Origin: Camelus dromedarius
Taxonomy: Eukaryota
Assembly: GCF_036321535.1 (NCBI RefSeq)
Contig: NC_087437.1
Coordinates: 48,796,001 to 48,860,000 of the forward strand
DNA length: 64,000 bases
Direction: 5' to 3'
Below are positions 61,504 through 64,000 of the stretch, piece by piece. The first letter of the stretch is position 1. Each line of letters starts with the position of its first letter. A model generated the notes under the pieces. That model was not told the origin of the DNA. It did not search any database and saw only the letters and a list, made by a program, of their open reading frames with translations. Both the position numbers and the translations under genes were made by a program.

Positions 61504-64000
61504 CTTTGATCTACCATTTGCTGATTTTTAACTTTCTAGTTTTTATACCAACTGTTGAAAAGTAGTTGGAGCTACTTAAAAGGCCTAGAATAGTATTATG
61601 ATTGCTTTTGAAGAAGCACTTATACTTGCTTATAAATAGTATTAAAATATTAGTTGGTCAGTTAATCATTTTGTAATGAATCCTCTGAAATCTTAGTACT
61701 TAAAAACTTAATCTGTTAGAACAGAATGGTTTAGGGTATTGATCATAGATTCAATATTAGGACTAAGTCTGTAACAAAATTCTCATCATAGGCAACTTTT
61801 GGAAGGCGATGTGGTAAAATCTAGCATTTTACTTTTTGCCTTTGATTCTCTATTAAAATTATTTTTATAAAGAAGTATAATGAACAATTTTAAAATAAGG
61901 AATATCACTAGTTTTTGATTCTCAACAATAATTGTCAAGGGTCTCATACTGATGATTGTATTTTATGTAAATATTTTAGTCAGGTGGCTTAATTTTTGAA
62001 GATAAAGACTTTCACATGAGAGTGTGTTGCAGGGTGATACCAAATAATTGGATTTATGGGAAGGTTTTGTTCCACAGTGTTTAGATAAAGAATACTGAGC
62101 AGGAAGACAGACTGCCCTTGGTTTTGTCCATTTGGTATCTGAAGTGTTTTTTATGTGCATAATTTGTGTTAATTTGTTATGTGCATAAAAAAGCTAAGTG
62201 ATTCTAATTTATGACTGAAGTATATAGTTAAAAATATTTGCCAGGTCAGTGTATGTATAGCCCTAGCCCTCAAATTTATTATTGTTGAGGTTAAGATGTG
62301 ATGATATTAAATGCTTTTTCCTAAAACCCCCAATAACAGAATTTTTAGGTAAGGTGTGCAGTCCTTGTACACTATCAAGTAATTTCATATCCTGATTAAA
62401 AATTTGCCCACAAATGTCTTCCTATCCGTCAAAGTTAGAGACAAATAAAATTGTTAGCCTTTTTATTCTTAGTTCTCTTCAATTGTAGGGTTATAAATTA
62501 ACTATAAGCTATGAGAAGAATTTTCACTGATCCCCAAATTGATAAATACAGCATAAAGAAAGTGATTTTTCATTTTCTTGCATGTGGGACAGATTGACTA
62601 AAATCCTTCTGTAAAAACTGAATGGGAAAGGAAGAAGCACAAAACCATTAAAAAAAAAATAGGTTAGCCCACAGAGTTCTTTAGAACTATTAAATAGGCA
62701 ATAAGTATTAAAATTTCATTATTTACAAAAGACTAATAAACCCAATGTCCTTAAAAACATGTATATTTAAGTACTGTAGAACCAAGAGGCGCTTTTTTTT
62801 TTTTAAATAGCACATGCTCAGATTCAGAAGTGAAAAGCCACTCCCCAGAGGTATCCATTCATTGTTAATAGGTAGCCTTCCAAACTTACTTTGAGAGGGG
62901 TGCATCTTTTTTGGCTACTAGTTACATGAGATGATGCTATGGTAGAACTTGCCAGCAGAAAAACCCCTAAAGGTCTTATATGGCTTAAGTAGTTTCAGTA
63001 TATATATGTGAAGTCATATATCTGAGCTAAATAAGGAAGTAAGAGTTGATATTAAATGGGGATAAAAACGATCTTTCCCTGAAACCCTGGGAAGCCTAGG
63101 ATTCTTGGGTTTTGGCATCACCTTTTAAGCCTTCCATGTGCCTAAAACTGTTTCGCAAAATGGTCTGGGTATCTGTTGACAGGTCAGTCACCACTGGTAA
63201 AATTAGACTAGGGATACACAAAAATTTTAAGTAGTTAACTATTTTAATCTGGAGTTAAGAAAAAGTATATTGAACCAGTGAGTTGTAATGAAAACTTACC
63301 TGAGACATTGCTTAGGACAAGGCTGAGGGAGGTTGGTTAAGTAAATAATTTCTTAAAAAAGTACAGGTATATAGGTTAGCAAAACAACCCAAAGAACAAG
63401 GAAACACTCGGTGTTTTACTTTTTGTTCTGAATTTCCATTCACGTCAGCCATTCTTTTGTGGCTGGGATACGTCATCTTTTTGTAGCTATTGTTTGCTAT
63501 GAGTCTAGTGTTTTAACTTGAGAAGGGTCTCTTCAAATTGATGTTAACTGAATATTGCAGTTAGATTGGGAAATAGTATTTGTGTCCTGCAAACTGACAT
63601 TTTTTGAGGTAGAAATGGACTAGTTAGTTTTCTCAGACTTTGCCTACGATGAGCTTAGTCTACTAAAGACAGATGAATGGAAAACTGCTTATAATGCTGC
63701 TAAGTCCTATGTCAAGATTTGTTGGAAATGAGTAAAGGAAAATTACTTTTATACTGGGATTTTCCAGAAGGCTTCAAGGAACTTGGATTTGAACTGATCT
63801 ACAGGTTTAGCAAAATTCTGAAGGACAAATAGGATGTTCATTGTAAAGTCTCATTCAGTCTTCCTATCTTTTGCTTTAAACAGTTCGGATCCCCTGAACC
63901 CTTCTATTCAAATATCATATACTGAATTTGCTGATTCCTTACTTTAAAATTTTAGTTATTAGGATATGTGCTTGAATGGATGATAGTGATTTATAACCCA

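Larger units (their letters stand above)
60591..61525 (+). other. FXR1: FXR1 proximal 3'UTR (may extend past the end of the window)
   Basis: Follows the stop codon. Candidate PAS: ATTAAA 60824-60829, ATTAAA 61199-61204, AATAAA 61498-61503. Confidence 0.75.

Noticed and set aside
61525..64000. Possible neighbouring gene at the right end of the window
   Set aside because: No exon-like coding sequence on either strand; more likely extended FXR1 3'UTR or intergenic DNA.
1..64000. CRISPR arrays, operons, rRNA genes or an FMR1-like CGG repeat
   Set aside because: This is a mammalian intron-exon locus; no repeat-spacer array or rRNA was seen, and only a (GGC)3-4 run occurs at ~3097-3108.

Overview
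This is mammalian genomic DNA, probably from a camelid: four tRNA-derived SINEs resemble the camelid Vic-1 type. The window holds the complete coding span of FXR1 (FMR1 autosomal homolog 1) on the + strand, from a CpG-island exon 1 (ATG 3342) to the last coding exon (TAA 60588-60590), plus 3'UTR. All exons have GT-AG boundaries and consistent phases. They sum to 2034 nt (677 aa) with every optional segment, or 1866 nt (621 aa) without the 87-nt and 81-nt segments. Exon numbering follows the scheme in which the 81-nt muscle exon is exon 15. Visible alternative splicing: an 87-nt in-frame exitron in exon 12, a 78-nt alternative acceptor in exon 13, the 81-nt exon 15, the frame-shifting 92-nt exon 16, and a 50-nt upstream acceptor of exon 17. 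Introns carry SINEs, L1 fragments, MIRs, DNA-transposon MITEs and LTRs. The most unusual items are a 3.1-kb ORF1-only chimeric L1 derivative in intron 7 with a probable 3' transduction, a C/D-box snoRNA-like motif in intron 9, and a candidate stop-containing cassette exon in intron 1. I see no convincing new multi-gene system. Most ORF-track entries are spurious. Repeat family names are by eye and from memory, and old-repeat boundaries are approximate.
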